NCBI GenBank assembly: GCA_011109175.1
Contig: RDEW01000001.1
Span: forward strand, 1,440,360-1,504,359
Reading direction: 5' to 3'
Length of the DNA stretch: 64,000 nt
Source: Dicyema japonicum
Taxonomy: Eukaryota; Animalia; Dicyemida
The notes below the pieces were generated by a model. That model had not been told where the DNA came from, searched no databases, and saw nothing but the letters and a program-made list of their open reading frames with translations. The translations under genes and the position numbers were made by a program. Positions 1 to 13,799 of this stretch are shown piece by piece (the first letter of the stretch is position 1; each line of letters begins with the position of its first letter).

Positions 1-917
1 ATTCTCTCTTACTGAAAGTACAGAACCGAATTCAACTTCTTCCACTACCAAGAATTCAGCAGGCACAAGTAAGATGGATAGTCTTTAAATTTAGCATCCT
101 CCAAGCCAACTACCAAAATTACCCAGGCGACAACCATTCAGACAACTACAACTAAACCTACTACAACCAATCCTACTACAACCAATCCACTACAACTAAT
201 CCACACAACAAATCCACTACACCAAATCCACTACAACAAAAACAACCACAACCACCTCAGTTTCCACCAAATCTACTCCGTCGACCGTTCCTCTCTGGAC
301 TTTTGCAAGAAACAATAAAGTGGAGGCCATTCTCAGCGCCATCGTGAATGTCACGTATACTGCACAAGGAAAGGTATATGAAATGCTTACAATAGAACGA
401 ATACTATGTTTTCCCCAGGACAGCCTCTTTCACTGGGACCAACCAGACCAGCAACGACATCACACTCACATTGAGCTCGGATAACTTTTCTCTTAGTTTT
501 ACAGCTTACATGAGCGAGTATGGATGCTACCACGTGAATGATACTGTCCTCAATACTCGTAGTTTGTTCGCTCATGTTTGCAGCCTACGGGAATGCTCGG
601 ACTAATGCCACTTATGGGAATTCTGAGATGGGGGACTACTTTTTCTGCCGGAATCAGATGGTGAACTTTTCTAAGGGGTTTTCCGTGACGTTTTATAACG
701 TGAAACTGCAGATGTTTCGACATGACGATGTTCGGGACTTTGTGGGAAACGGTTTGGCTGTTTTGTGAGTTTAGCAATTGATTGTATCCCCTCTAAGTTG
801 AAGGCGAGCTACGTTCCCTTGGTTGTTGGGTCTGTGATGGTGGGAGTTCTTATTATCGTTGTGGTCACTTACTTCTCTCTTCGATATTATAGAAGGGCTA
901 ATTACCAGGAAATATAA
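1..917 (+). CDS. LAMP: LAMP-family lysosome-associated membrane glycoprotein (5' partial): Thr-rich mucin-like stalk, one LAMP domain, TM helix, YQEI tail
   Basis: Spliced reading (introns of 26, 22, 25, 23 nt, all GT-AG) gives TTT-rich stalk, WTFARNNKV...NQT..NDT, DYFFCRNQMVNF..KLQMF, DCIP, hydrophobic VPLVVGSVMVGVLIIVVVTYF and C-terminal RRANYQEI* (YxxPhi lysosomal signal). Frame breaks at about 185-240 and 412-416 fall in or next to short C runs. Confidence 0.85.
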
Positions 918-1029
918 TTTGATTTTTTGTTAGGTTTTTGGGGTTTTCGTATTTTCTTTTTTTGGTAGGACTTCCTAGTTTAGTGAAGTCTTGTATTATT
1001 TAGGGGCTATTGGAGATATTCCACCGGAA

Positions 1030-2700
1030 GGTTGGCTGCCATTGCAGATCCACGTTTTAGTTATACCAGAAGTGTTTCAGGAGGTGACTCGGAATTTGGG
1101 CCGATTACATTGTTAGCTTTCTTGCGGTGGTTAACTTGTGGAGGGAAGAAAGGGAAATGGCCATCGACCACGAAACATTTGGTAGGTCAATATTGGCTTG
1201 ATATTCCCATCTATAGCACGTGGACTGTGTTGAAATGTCCTATGGCTTTTATGCATAATTTTGAGGTTTGGTAATAGCATGACCATGCAAAATGTATTTC
1301 GATATATGGCACAGATACATAATTGATGCTTAGTGGTTACTGTGCTTTTAACTTATTCGCCGTCAATTACAGCTGTTACAGTACAAATAATGATCCACTA
1401 CCAAAACACTGACGCTATTTCTTCAAATCTTCTGATACTGGTTGGCGAACATGTGCTCGAAACTCTCTGTATATTGGTCCCCAGATGATAAAGACCACAT
1501 CATCTAAACTAAGACAGCTTGGATGGTTTTACTGAGCCTTTAAAAGGAGTTTTAACTATCCAGCGGTACTTTTGCCTAGCGTAACAGTTCGAGATGTGAC
1601 CCCATCTTCATGATTGTAATTACACCGACCATTGGTTCGAAATTTAGATTTGTCGAATTGATCATGAACCTCGTGTCCATCCGAATTTCAATTCTGAGTT
1701 ATCAAGATCCATTTGATGAGACCATTTTGCTTACTCATACATTCTAAGCTGCGCTATGACATGACTTTGGTATGCTTAACGTCTTCATTTTCTCTTGGTG
1801 GATACAACTTCTCTTCCCCTTTTTAAGGAACTCATGAGTTAATCAAAACCAGAGGATATAAAAAAAACGTCGGATACACCAACGTCATGGTTCAGACCCA
1901 ATTTGGCCAAAAATGGAGGCTCTGAACACTGCGGTTCATTTGTAATGTTAAACGCTTAGTTATTGTAAAGGGAATGGAGAACGGGACGCATTAGTCTTGC
2001 AGTATTGATTCCAAGACACCATCTCCAATAATCTCCACCATTTCATGAGGCCCCATACGTTTTTACTTAAAAAGCAATTTTGAAAAGCCGAGACCTCCCA
2101 ATATCTAACAGGTCCCTCCAGAATTACCGGAAATAAAAGGAGGCATATATTGAGAACCTTTCAATTCCATTTGTGTCCAATGACCACTCATTCAGCAAAT
2201 CTGGCAACGATTTTCTAGTCTTCATAACTCCCTTCGATGAGTTAATTAGGAATAATCTTCCAGTCTTTATTTGAAAGCTAGGAATCCCCCAACTGTGAAG
2301 ATTTTAAGTAAATTTGTCAAAAAGTGGAGGATGTGACCAAAAATAAAGGCAGGACGGTCTCCCTAACGAAACACACATAGAATTATATTCCCATACGTGC
2401 AGCTTCCTAGAAATGTTCCTCCAAATTCTTTCAATTTTGGGCGAACGAAATTCGAACCCGCATCCTATATGCAACCGAAACCTCCTTCCTCTGTTCAGAA
2501 CTTTTGATTCCGATGTTCCCTGAAGTCACGACCTCGTCAATGCTCACGATAAAACAAAGGTTTCCATCCGTCATAGAGATTAGTGTACGTCACTATCTCA
2601 GTCTTCAGACCAAATAACAATCGGAAATGAACAGATGAGAAATACTTTGGGGTTATTCCCCATTTAGCTTCAAGACAGTATGAGGTACCTTAGTATATAA
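1030..2700 (-). mobile_element. Highly degenerate APE/RT LINE remnant
   Basis: Scattered broken motifs resembling the endonuclease, the GPDG linker and RT; many stops. Confidence 0.4.
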
Positions 2701-3703
2701 ACTCTCCTAGTCATACACTTGCACGTGCCAGTCATGTGAACATGCTAGCATGGATTGCAAGGACTCTAACAAGATGAAATGTGTCAACTGTTGCTCTACG
2801 AGCCACTTTGCAAATTATCGGGGCTGTCAGATAGCAAAAAAAGCCTCAAAGCTGAAGAATAAGAAATTATTGGCGAAAAAACTGTTGAAAGCAGTTTCAA
2901 AGAATGGGAATATAAGTCGAACAAAATATTCGGCGTTAAAACCTTGGGCAGGCTGGAACGTTCCAGCAGTTAGGAAGACAGCTGAAATTGCAGTACAGAC
3001 GGAGGAACTGAAAATGTCTCATTCAGCTATGCAGACGTTGTCAATTTCAAGAACTGGGTCAACTACAGGTCGATCTCGAATTGATACAATGAATGAGCTT
3101 GACGTGACCAAAACGAAAACGGACGCCAAGTTTTTACTTGGACTGGTGGGTCTCCTAAAAAAAGAGGACAGCCACCAAATAAATCAGTAACCAGGATTAC
3201 CCCGGTTAATGGCCGCTTTGTTCGAAAGCGGGCGGGAGCTGATAGCTCTTATCAGCACAGTTCCGATGGATGTGTTCATCATCAATGAGACGAAAATAAA
3301 GAAACCTGGAAGTATCAATAATCCTGGATGCAGTTCAATTGATATACCTTGACATCCCGGTGCCAACGCTGGGACAGGGATTTCAATATTCTACAAAAAG
3401 ACGATGGACATTCGAAATCCAAGAATAATTGAACAGAACATATGCGAATTAGCATGCATTGATTCAAACACTTCTATCGGATGGATAACCATTGGAGGTA
3501 TATACTCCAAAAGGTTGAAAGACTATTCGTGGATTGTTAAAGATTTTTATAGAAGAAACGAGAATCCAATTCTTGTTGGAACTCTGGAACTCTTAGAGAA
3601 AACGCGGAGATATTCCATTAAACTGGCGTATGGTTTGAAATCCAAATTATCCCCAGAGTTAGAGGATCTGAATGATCCATTGAAAGATTGTTGCACCGTT
3701 TAA
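2700..3703 (+). mobile_element. LINE remnant: ORF1 zinc knuckles followed by APE endonuclease N-terminus
   Basis: C-x2-C..H..C / KCVNCCSTSHFANYRGC gag-like knuckles; downstream ELIALISTVPMDVFIINETKIKK and GISIFYKK..ITIGGIYS, frameshifted. Confidence 0.7.
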
Positions 3704-4041
3704 AGTAATAGTGGTGCAAGTTGTCAATATTTTCGATGATATAGTCGACCTCAACAGACTACAAACTTACTTCGCTTCTTTCTCGGCTTCTCTTTCTTTT
3801 TGGCGACTTAATCTTATCTCTTTTAATTAGTAACGAGTTTGTTTTTGGATAATAAACTATTCTAGTCAAGCGCGCGTATAAAATTCACCTTCTGCAGTCC
3901 TTTAGTGAGGACAGTCTTCGCATGTAAGGCATGGTAATCACCTCACAGTGTACCCAACCTCAGTCGAACAAGTGTGATTGATTTGACACAAGAAAATGAA
4001 AATAGTCGACATTTAAGGTAAAACCGCGGAAATCAGAATAA

Positions 4042-4828
<787 letters not shown>

Positions 4829-5066
4829 GCAGCTCTGAGAGTTTTTCTATGTTTAGGATTATTGAGAAATTGATTAAAACCGTAAATTTGAAAAAATATT
4901 TGCTAAATTGGTTTAAAAAGTCACGCCTATATGCCAGTTTGGTTTAATTTTTTGTAAAATTAAATTTAAAGATAAAATTAATTTAATATTAATTTTCAAG
5001 CTCTAACACAATTTTAACACAGAAAACGATTTACGTCTTATATCTCTTAGGGGACAGTCGACCACA

Positions 5067-5172
5067 GGTGGCATGTGGTGTCATGTAGCTACTTGATTCA
5101 AGATTTTTCTTCCAACTGATCCACCTTAATCAACAGACCCCTAATGCCTGGCCGGCATTTAAGAGGATCCAT
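5067..5172 (+). mobile_element. Decayed copy (D) of the short ribozyme-module element
   Basis: GGCATGTGGTGTCATGTAGCTA head; TGATCC-ACC (5117), hairpin ATGCC-TGGCC-GGCAT, GGATC (5165); P1/P3 decayed. Confidence 0.55.
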
Positions 5173-5507
5173 CTATTTATTCGGGGGCTAACAATTAAAT
5201 TATCAAAACTAATAGACGACAGCCAAATTGTAGGATAACTCTACAATAAAGTGAAGGAGAGCAAATGATCCTTTTTAATTCCATCCTGGTACTGGGCGTC
5301 ACCTGAGATAAATGGATCAACTGAAACCCCTCCAGTAGAACTAGAAAAGATAAAACACAGAGGAAAGGAAAGCCTCTACCAGAAGAACCGGACTCAATTC
5401 CATCCCATATCACCTGTGAGAAACCACCTTTAACCTACTACATTCGCATTTTATTACTAAATTTTAAATAAACGCTTATTCAAGGCAATAGCCAAAAATA
5501 CATTAAA

Positions 5508-6769
5508 TCACACCAATTTAGTGACATTGTGCTCCTTTAATTGCAACTCCAAAAGTTGGTGGTGCAAACTATCGCTGACACAATAAATCTCATCAATCAG
5601 TCTCCTCACACATTTCATCAACTCCTTGGTTCCTCCACCACTCTTCCCGCATATTTCAAACACCTCCTTGAATGCAAACTCAGTCTTAGGCCTCAGAGAC
5701 TCCTCCACTCCCATGAAAGACTCTGCAATGTCACAAACACCCAAACCCGGCATTCCTCGCACAAACTCCAACAACTTCTCCCTTCGGACAAACTCAGGGT
5801 CAGTATCGATCTTGTTCACGACCAAAAACCTGGGTTTTTTCAAGAACGAATCGTCAAATTCCCCAATCACCTTCTCAGCTAAAAGCATGGTTTCCACCGC
5901 AGAATAATATTTCGAATTTTCATGAAGTCGGAATCCCCAATGTCGACCACGTGGAGAATAACTTTAACACGGGATAAATGCTTCAGGAATCTCTGCTGAG
6001 GAGCCATTCCTAAGAAATGGGCGGCCATCTCGTCCTCTACCAGACCAGGAAGGTCAGCCACGACCAGCTCTCTTCCATCAGCAAACTCAACGACCCCCAT
6101 TTGAGGACAAATTGTGGTAACTAAAAATCAAGGACACATAAAACAGGGATAATCCGCAATCCTTGGCTTAGCCCTGGTTATGGCGGACAACAGAGTGGAC
6201 TTACCCGCGTTTGGAAAACTTAAGGATTAAAAAACGACTCACCCAACAAGAGCAAGGTCCCCGATGAACTTGTAGTTAAAACTAATAGCTCTCCTTGTTC
6301 CAGCTTTACCTGCAAAACCATTTTTCACGTTTCCACCTTCACCTCCCTCCGCAATGAGCACTTTCTGTCCGTTATATTTGATTTCCCCTAATTTATGGAA
6401 TTATTGATACCCAACAATTCATTCCCATGCAGTAATTCAGTTCCGAGGGGAACGTTGATAGTGAAGTCTCTGCCGGGGATCCCCACTGTGCATTTGTACC
6501 TTGAAATAAGATTTAGTAAACTTGCTGTGTGACCCCGGGAGTGAAACCACTTTTGATAGGGTTTTTAGTGAGCACATTTTATTGTCCCCCACTACATAAA
6601 CAGAACCCCCTTTTCCTCCAATTCCCCCGGTAAATTTATTTCCGTCTCCACCTCTTCCAGATTTAATGCTTGCTACGACGTGGTCCTTTAAGATCGGGCA
6701 AAGCTGAGGTTAATGAAAATTGTTAACTTCTTTCGTTGATGATAATAATCTTTTAAGGTATATTAGCAT
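5508..6769 (-). CDS. GTPBP10: Obg-family GTPase, GTPBP10/ObgH2-like (mitoribosome assembly)
   Basis: Spliced with introns of 24, 22, 23, 24, 24 nt: [72 protein letters not shown]. Short Obg fold and SAVETMLL resemble GTPBP10 more than MTG2. One base short in an A-run at about 5911. Confidence 0.85.
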
Positions 6770-7143
6770 TCCACAAGAAAGCAAAAATTAAATTGTTTTT
6801 CTGAATTTAAATTTAAATATTTTAGTTATTTCTGGAAATATTTTAAATAATAAATAAAAACGTTATTTCATTCTTTTTAATTCTCTTATTTTTAAGAAAT
6901 TTTCTTCTTATGTTCTGTCCCTTTTTCGTAGTTCAATTAGCGTGGAGTATGTTACTCACCTTCCTCTGGAAGCGTCCATTAGCTCTCCTACATTAGGGAT
7001 TGAAACAACTGTCTTAGAAAGACTTGGTCTGCAACAGCGATCGTGGAACTGAGAAACTTATTTGTTTAAGTGTTAATTAGTTGGACGGTTGAGGTGGTGA
7101 AATAGTTATATTCAGAAATTTCTTTATCTCCTTAAAGTTAATA

Positions 7144-9074
7144 TGTCACATGGGCCAAGCGTTACCTATGGGCAGCCTGTTACATTAACCTTGAACCAAG
7201 ATTAACTTCAATTAATTTTATAAATGATTTATTAACCACAAAAAATTAAATTTAAGTAACTTTTTTTAGTCTACTCATTAATACAGTCGATATTTCTCCT
7301 TTCGAATTTTTTATCTATCAAATTAAACTATTTAAAACTACCTCCACGCGATTATTCGATAAAATATTAATTATTTCTGCAACTGGATAATACTGAGACT
7401 CAAACTTATCCAGTCGCAATGAGGGATTTGTTCCAAAGTCCTTTTTAGCCCGAACCTATTTATTAATGTTTTTGATTCATACTTTATCTCCCATGTTAAA
7501 AGTATATTTACTATTATGAACATTCATTTTCCTGTTCATAGCTTTGTAATAATTGAATTTTCTTCAATCGATTTAATTTCGAAGTTGAATCTCTTCGCAT
7601 TCGGACACAAATTATCTGACTGGGAATTATCTAGATATAAATTTTTTAAATCAAACTACGTGAATTTTCAATAGATTCTGGAGTCGAACAATTAACCAAA
7701 TCGTCAATTTGTTCTGGAATCGCACACTCATCACTTAAATTATCTAAGTCATAATGATATAAGTATAACCATTAATTATTGAATTTATTCCCTTAATTCC
7801 TCGATATCTTTCGAAAGGACTTTCGTTAGAAAATGAATGGACCGATATGTTGTAACTGTAGACAGCACTTTCTAATTTATCAAGCCACTTTTTTTCACTG
7901 TTATCCAGCATTTTTGACAACTTCCTCGTGATCGTCTGATTAAATCTTTCGACAATTCCTTGTGCTCGTGGATTGTTAGGCCTTCCGTGAATTTGCTTAA
8001 TGTTAAAATCTTCGCAAAGTTTTGTTATTTCTTGATTTTTAAATTCAGAACCATTGTCCGACTGAAGAAATTTACATGGCCCATTCAGGCGGAACAAAGA
8101 TCTTAAGTTTTCACATACTTCTTTACCAGACTTATTATAGAGTGGTCGTACAAAAGCGAATCTATAAATTAAAAAAAAAACCACCGATATATGTCAATGA
8201 CCGTTAAAATCCATTTGAAATTTTCATTTAATGTTGAAAATTTTTTCAGGTCTATTAGATCTCCTGAAAACGTTCATTTGGAGAAGAAGCAAACACATGG
8301 TGATTTATATCTCCAATCTACAATTATAAAAAATCACGAACTTTTAAAGGACGCGAAAATTTGCAGACTTCACAATTTCGAATGACTTTTCTGATAATCT
8401 CATTCTTTACAGTGAAGTATCTTTGTCGACATTCATACTCAATTTTATTGACTCCTCCGTGTGAAAACTCGTGCAACGATTTCGCAACATGCTCCATTTC
8501 GGTTTCATTATCCAGGGATATGACTAACTTGGAATCAGTTGATTTAAGATACAGTCTAAAATTATTGCAAATTTACAATACCTGTCATTGATAATAGAAA
8601 AATTCTCTATCTTCTTTACAAGCCTATATTTTCGGTGCCTCGGAAGATTTTCGGGAAATTTATCATGCAAAGCATCTTTTAAAGTTTGATATTCAACGCA
8701 ATCTTTCACAAAACCCTTGTAAGAAGCCATTGCAACAAAATAATCTTCCATGCTATAAATCACGCTAGAAATCTAGGTTTACCGCTATAAAAAATAAAAT
8801 CTTTATAATCATAACATTTATGAATAAAAAACTAATTTAACAGGATTAAATCACGATATAAATCGGATATACAAAATTAAATGTCGGATAATCCAATGAG
8901 GGACTCATCCTCACTTTTGTCGGTCTGGGATCGCTTAGTTAGATGAGAACTTTTATTTCTTTCTTTTTGACCCAGTGATCCGACATTAATAATAATGTCG
9001 GATAATCAAAAGACCTTTTCAAGGTCGAAAAAATGTAACAGGCTGCCTATGCGTTACGCGCCGCCCATGTGACA
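7144..9074 (-). mobile_element. Ginger2/TDD-type DNA transposon, complete ends
   Basis: TGT...ACA termini, about 43-bp imperfect TIR (TGTCACATGGG....GGCAGCCTGTTACATT) at 7144 and 9074, 5-bp TSD TAATA at 7139-7143 and 9075-9079, Gypsy-like integrase inside. Confidence 0.9.
7252..8751 (-). CDS. Ginger2 integrase/transposase (HHCC zinc finger, rve DDE core, C-terminal domain), 8 exons
   Basis: LHEFSHGG..CEVC; ERFQxDLID; QSDNGSEF; GRPNNPRAQGIVERFNQT; YNISVH..SPF; FNMGDKVR. Seven GT-AG introns of 26, 24, 23, 26, 29, 27, 27 nt; two 1-nt deficits (about 8263 and 7555). Confidence 0.85.
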
Positions 9075-9411
9075 TAATATACCCCTCACTCCTCTTTTCC
9101 AGTAGTAATGATGGACACGGGAGACATAGAATACATAGAATAGAATATACGTCGTGTCGAAACAAGCGTCGGATACGCTATGAACCTGTCTCTGTTTTCA
9201 TTAGTAACCATAATTGTCCCTCTTGGACCTCATGAAATAATCAGTGACCAGAGAAATCATATAAGCTCCTTCGATGTTGAACACAATTCCAGGAAGTCAA
9301 ATTCAAATCTTGGCAAGTCTGAAAATTCATTACCTGCTTACATAATGCACAACCGGTAGAAGGTAGAAGGAACCATAACTTGATAAGTCTTTTGTAGCGA
9401 TCGTGCATCAA

Positions 9412-10290
9412 TTTTATTTATTAACACCCAAGACCACGGTAAAACCAAAACTAACTATCACGTGATCCCGATGCGCTCCTTAAAATCCTCATTCTTTCCC
9501 GATGCTCTCCCTCGTACCCACACAAGCTCGTACAGGCGGCTGACTGTATTTGCAGGGCCATCTTCCCGCATGCCGGGTTTTGTTTAATGAGGGCCTTCCA
9601 GAGTAGTCGTCCAGTTCTGTGTCTCCCACAAGACCACCGCTCCGTCATTTTGAAAGCCTTCTTTTGAATTCGTCCATGATAATGAAGGTCACCACGAAGC
9701 ACACGCGTACGAGAAGCATTGTTCGATGTATTGCTTGTAAATGTTCATCAAGACCGGGTGGGTACCTGTCTTTCATATTCCAGATAAACATTTAATACAT
9801 TGATCCTCTTCTCGCACTTCAGAACAATGTTTGCCACGTGTGGTGACAAACATAAGTGTGTATTCATTGTCACGCTTAGGATCTTCTGACATTTGGTAGT
9901 AATCTTCCCCAACCTTTTGTCCGAAGTAAACATAGACGTGACCGACTTTCTGGAATTTATCGTGAGTCAGTTCTTCATTACCCAGGCGTTGAGTCGGTCC
10001 AGGTTAATTTGTAATCTTTCTGTAGCATTTAGTATATCCCGATCACGCCAAGGCCAAAACAATGTCGTCCGCATATGTGAGTAGAACATCGTTATTGGAT
10101 TCCGGTGTCGGGAGGTCTGCAGGTATAAATTGAATAAAGCGGGGATAAAGGAGATCTTTGGGGGGACACCGTTTGGAGAAGACGTGAGACTGATTTCAGT
10201 CCTCCGAGGCGTACACGTCCGCTTCGTCCACTTAAGAAATTTGTTATCCAAAGTTTAAGTTTCCCCGGGATCTCGGACTGGATAATTTTC
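9412..10290 (-). mobile_element. 5'-truncated copy of the 2A-LINE family (RT C-terminus and 3' tail)
   Basis: PNGVPPKISFIPALFNLYL, YSHMRT (YADD region), LSPHVANIV, ends GGGTGTTAATAAATAAAA. Confidence 0.8.
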
Positions 10291-10390
10291 TTTGATAAAA
10301 CAATTTAAATAATTCTTATTTCCCTAAAATTAACCATAATTGTCTAAAAAATTTAAATTTAAAAATTAAACAAACTTTAAAATTGCGTTG

Positions 10391-11089
10391 ATGTGTGACC
10401 ACGGAATAGAACTAATAAAAGAACTAGATAGATCCCACAAAACTCTGCTACCACCATACAATGTAAACCATAATCTTATAAACAGGAAAAGCTAATGGAG
10501 AAGGTTTTTGAGGAAATCAAGTCACTATATAGAAAAAACGAAGAAGACATGTAATATTCCGTTAAACTGGTAGAAAATTGTCCGTGGAAAACGAGTCTCA
10601 AAACCACGTGATATTCCCCCAAATAATATACAAACACACAATCATAATGCGGAGAAAACGGTGTATCATCTCATACATGTGACTGACTTGATAACCCTAG
10701 GTACAACCGACTAATGCGGATTAAAGACATTCGGTGGAGGTTTGGGGGACTTGTGGGAGAGGATCAGCGGAGAAATCTATCTGCAGCCGAGATAGAATGG
10801 CTTTCGAGCTACTCCCAACTTCTGGCCGAATATATGAGTTCGTTGGGAGATTGGATCGACCTTACGCAGTACACTACTCCTCCCAAGTCGTTGTACATAA
10901 AGGTTTGGGTCTTCCATATGTCAGGTCCGCTGTCATACTAACTATGGAGAGCTTGTTACTACGTTTGGGGAGAGGGTGATGCTTGTGGAGAACACTGAGG
11001 TTTGTTTGTGCTCTCTATCCCAGCATTTTCTCCTTAGAGCAGACTGTGAACATTTAGTGCGCTTGGGAATACTAGAACACATCCTTTGA
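10391..11089 (+). CDS. GINS1: DNA replication complex GINS subunit Psf1
   Basis: Spliced with introns of 23, 23, 22, 22, 24 nt: MCDHGIELIKEL..RRKRCIISYMYNRLMRIKDIRWRFG..PPKSLYIKVRCHTNYGE..HFLLRADCEHLVRLGILEHIL*; frame intact throughout. Confidence 0.95.
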
Positions 11090-11605
11090 TGACTTTGATC
11101 GTGTCCTTATTAAAATATTGTAGTTATTGCAGATTAGGCGGCTTTATTTCTCAAATTATTAATTGATAGTACAAGAACTAGTAATAACCCCTCTTGACAG
11201 GATTATTATAAATTTATGTAGTCTACACAACGTCACGTGGGCCAGAAAATAGTTCCATGCGTCGGCTTTTAAAGATTCGAAATTTTCGTCTTTCGTTCTC
11301 CTCCTGCTAATGAAGTGTCTACAACAGGCAAATGCCAACGTGATGGAAGAGAGCATCGTTAATTTTCAAAGTGTAGTTTTATTATGAATCTTTATTTCAC
11401 AGTGATTACCACTCTTAGATGCATTGGAGATACAAACATGACATAAATTCATGTCCATCCACTCTAAAACCTACGAAGGGGTCGAAAGAATTAGCAAAGG
11501 ATTTATAGGTAAAATCAGAATACGATGTGACTCAGGGACCTTTGCGAAATAGATCATTTCAACAAAGCATAGAATTGGCCACAGCTCGCTGCAATGCCTA
11601 ATTAC

Positions 11606-12954
11606 TAGGGCGATTTTTTTGACTTTATAAATACGAAATTTTGACCTAAAAATTGACTTTATTGACTTTAAAAATTCAAAATTTTGACTTTTTTTTGACT
11701 TCACGAAAAATTTTTATATTAAAAATTTTTTTTAATGCTGCGTGGCTATGTAATTAAAATTTTTTTCAGATTAAAAATTTCGGTCTATAGATAATAATTT
11801 TATCAAATCTTTTTTGAATAAATATTGATGTGGAAGGATATTTTTTTCAAATAGCGTATATGCATGTAGAAATATGTTGTTTTTCTCTTTTTAATAGAAA
11901 AAAAACTTATTTACAGAAAATCTAGATTCCAGATACTTTCTAATTTTCTATAAATTGTTACTGAAATACAATTTTTGAATATGCTTGCTGCGTCTTTTAC
12001 TATGAAGTAAGTTTTCATTGTCATCTTTATCAATTTATAATCCAATATTGACATAATATAGCTGATAAATAGCTCCGTAGTTCATTTTAATAGATTACTT
12101 CTAAGCATCTTTATATTAAAATTCTATTTCCATCAAAATTGTAGTTATTTTTTACCTCAATAAAATTTTTACAATAATATTCAACAATTCCAAGTCCATT
12201 TCACTTTCTGACCAGAATTATTTTTGGGAAGCTAGCCAATTTCAATAAAATTTTCTATTTTTTATGCAAGAAATTTATTAGTGTATTCATAATATTCATA
12301 TGGATTCCTTAGATCAAACCAACTTTTCCAAAGCTATAAAAAATGCATTTTAAAAACTCAAAAATAGCTTCGGTCAAGTAACCTAACATAAATTTTCTAC
12401 ACTTTTACATAGAAGTAAGTAAAACGATATCCTATACCCTCAAACAAGTTGTGTAAAATTTACTGTTTAACTTATGCTGAGAAAATCATATTCGACTAAG
12501 CATTAGTGACCTCATTGATCGTAGAGTCAGTGAATGGAATGAGAAAATCAAATATTTTTACAGTAGCACCTGTGAAATATTAATAAAAATGATAAAATTG
12601 TAAGTTCAAAATTTTTCTTAGACAAAATACTCAATAAAAAGCTGTTGTTAGAAAATTCGTGAGTTGATAGAAAATTCACTAGGATATTTTCTAATAATAG
12701 TCTTAATTTTTTCAACGACCTTTATGATTTGAATACGGCATACACGTTATTATTTTATTCAAAAACTCTAAAAATTAATAAATCAAAAATCAATAAAATT
12801 TTGACTTTATTGACCTAAAAAAATAAATTTTGACTTTTTTTGACTTTATAACTTTTGATTTATATAATATTTTTGATTAAAAATCATTTTTATAATTTTT
12901 AAACAATTTTAAAGAACATATTAATTTATGACTTTATTGACAAAAATCGCCCTA
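11606..12954 (-). mobile_element. Internally deleted hAT transposon with decayed transposase
   Basis: TIR TAGGGCGATTTTT / AAAAATCGCCCTA, perfect 8-bp TSD CTAATTAC, subterminal TTGACTTT repeats, remnant GIVEYYCKNF motif on the minus strand. Confidence 0.9.
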
Positions 12955-13370
12955 CTAATTACTTAGAAAATTAGACTAATGTCGATCAAAATGAGATATT
13001 AAAGATTTCAAGCAATGAAAATTAACATACCACTTCAACGACATGTACTGTTGCAGGTAGTCAACCCTCTCTATAGTGAACATGCCATATTAATGCAATT
13101 CACAATAACAAAAATTAGTAATTGTCATTGATATATTAATTATAAAATAAATACTACTTTTAAAAATGTATAAAATCATTTATTTAAATATTTTGGTGTT
13201 CACTATTAAAGAATAGTGGGCGTCAAATTCGTGTGGACATAAAAATATTTAAATTTTATATATATATTTAAAATCAATAAATTACACGTTTTACATGGTA
13301 CAAAATCGAAAACACCTATCATTTTTTCAAAAGAAGGAAATCAAATAATTCAAATTTAAAATTGAGTCAA

Positions 13371-13799
13371 TCAAATGGCCCTAACTGGGAGAGACAGCCC
13401 CTAACGAATAAGCAAAACACTTACATAATTTTCAAGCATTTCCCTCGTTTGCTCGTCTAGGGCCACTTCGACGTCAAGCTCAGAGGTCTAGAGAATGAAG
13501 CAGAAGAAGTACTTTTGGGACATAGTTATCTCTCCTCTCTCGCTCTTCTTCTTGAAGTTTCAAGGATATTCCTCGAACTGGTCCCTTATCTATTCTCTTC
13601 ATTAGATGGGTCGTGAAGCCTGCAATTTTGTTCCTCATCTTCTTGCTGGAGGTGATTGCTATGTCATTAAAGACCATTTTGTTTTCCTGAAAATCAGTAG
13701 ACAGCCGAGGATAATGCAATTCGATTGACTTTTTAGCAGCCGATTTTATTGTGGAATTTCTAACTCTCCCTGTAAAATTTAACAATTTCAATAAACCAT
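13371..13799 (-). CDS. RPS17: 40S ribosomal protein S17 (eS17)
   Basis: M|[49 protein letters not shown]; introns of 27, 25, 24 nt; first junction is one G short. Confidence 0.95.

Noticed and set aside
5541-5907. Long plus-strand ORFs in the supplied track (also 33593, 52127, 52368)
   Set aside because: Antisense shadows of GTPBP10, PSMD3 and the CRE element.
11159-11356. 65-aa ORF convergent with GINS1
   Set aside because: No family motif or splice evidence; length compatible with chance.
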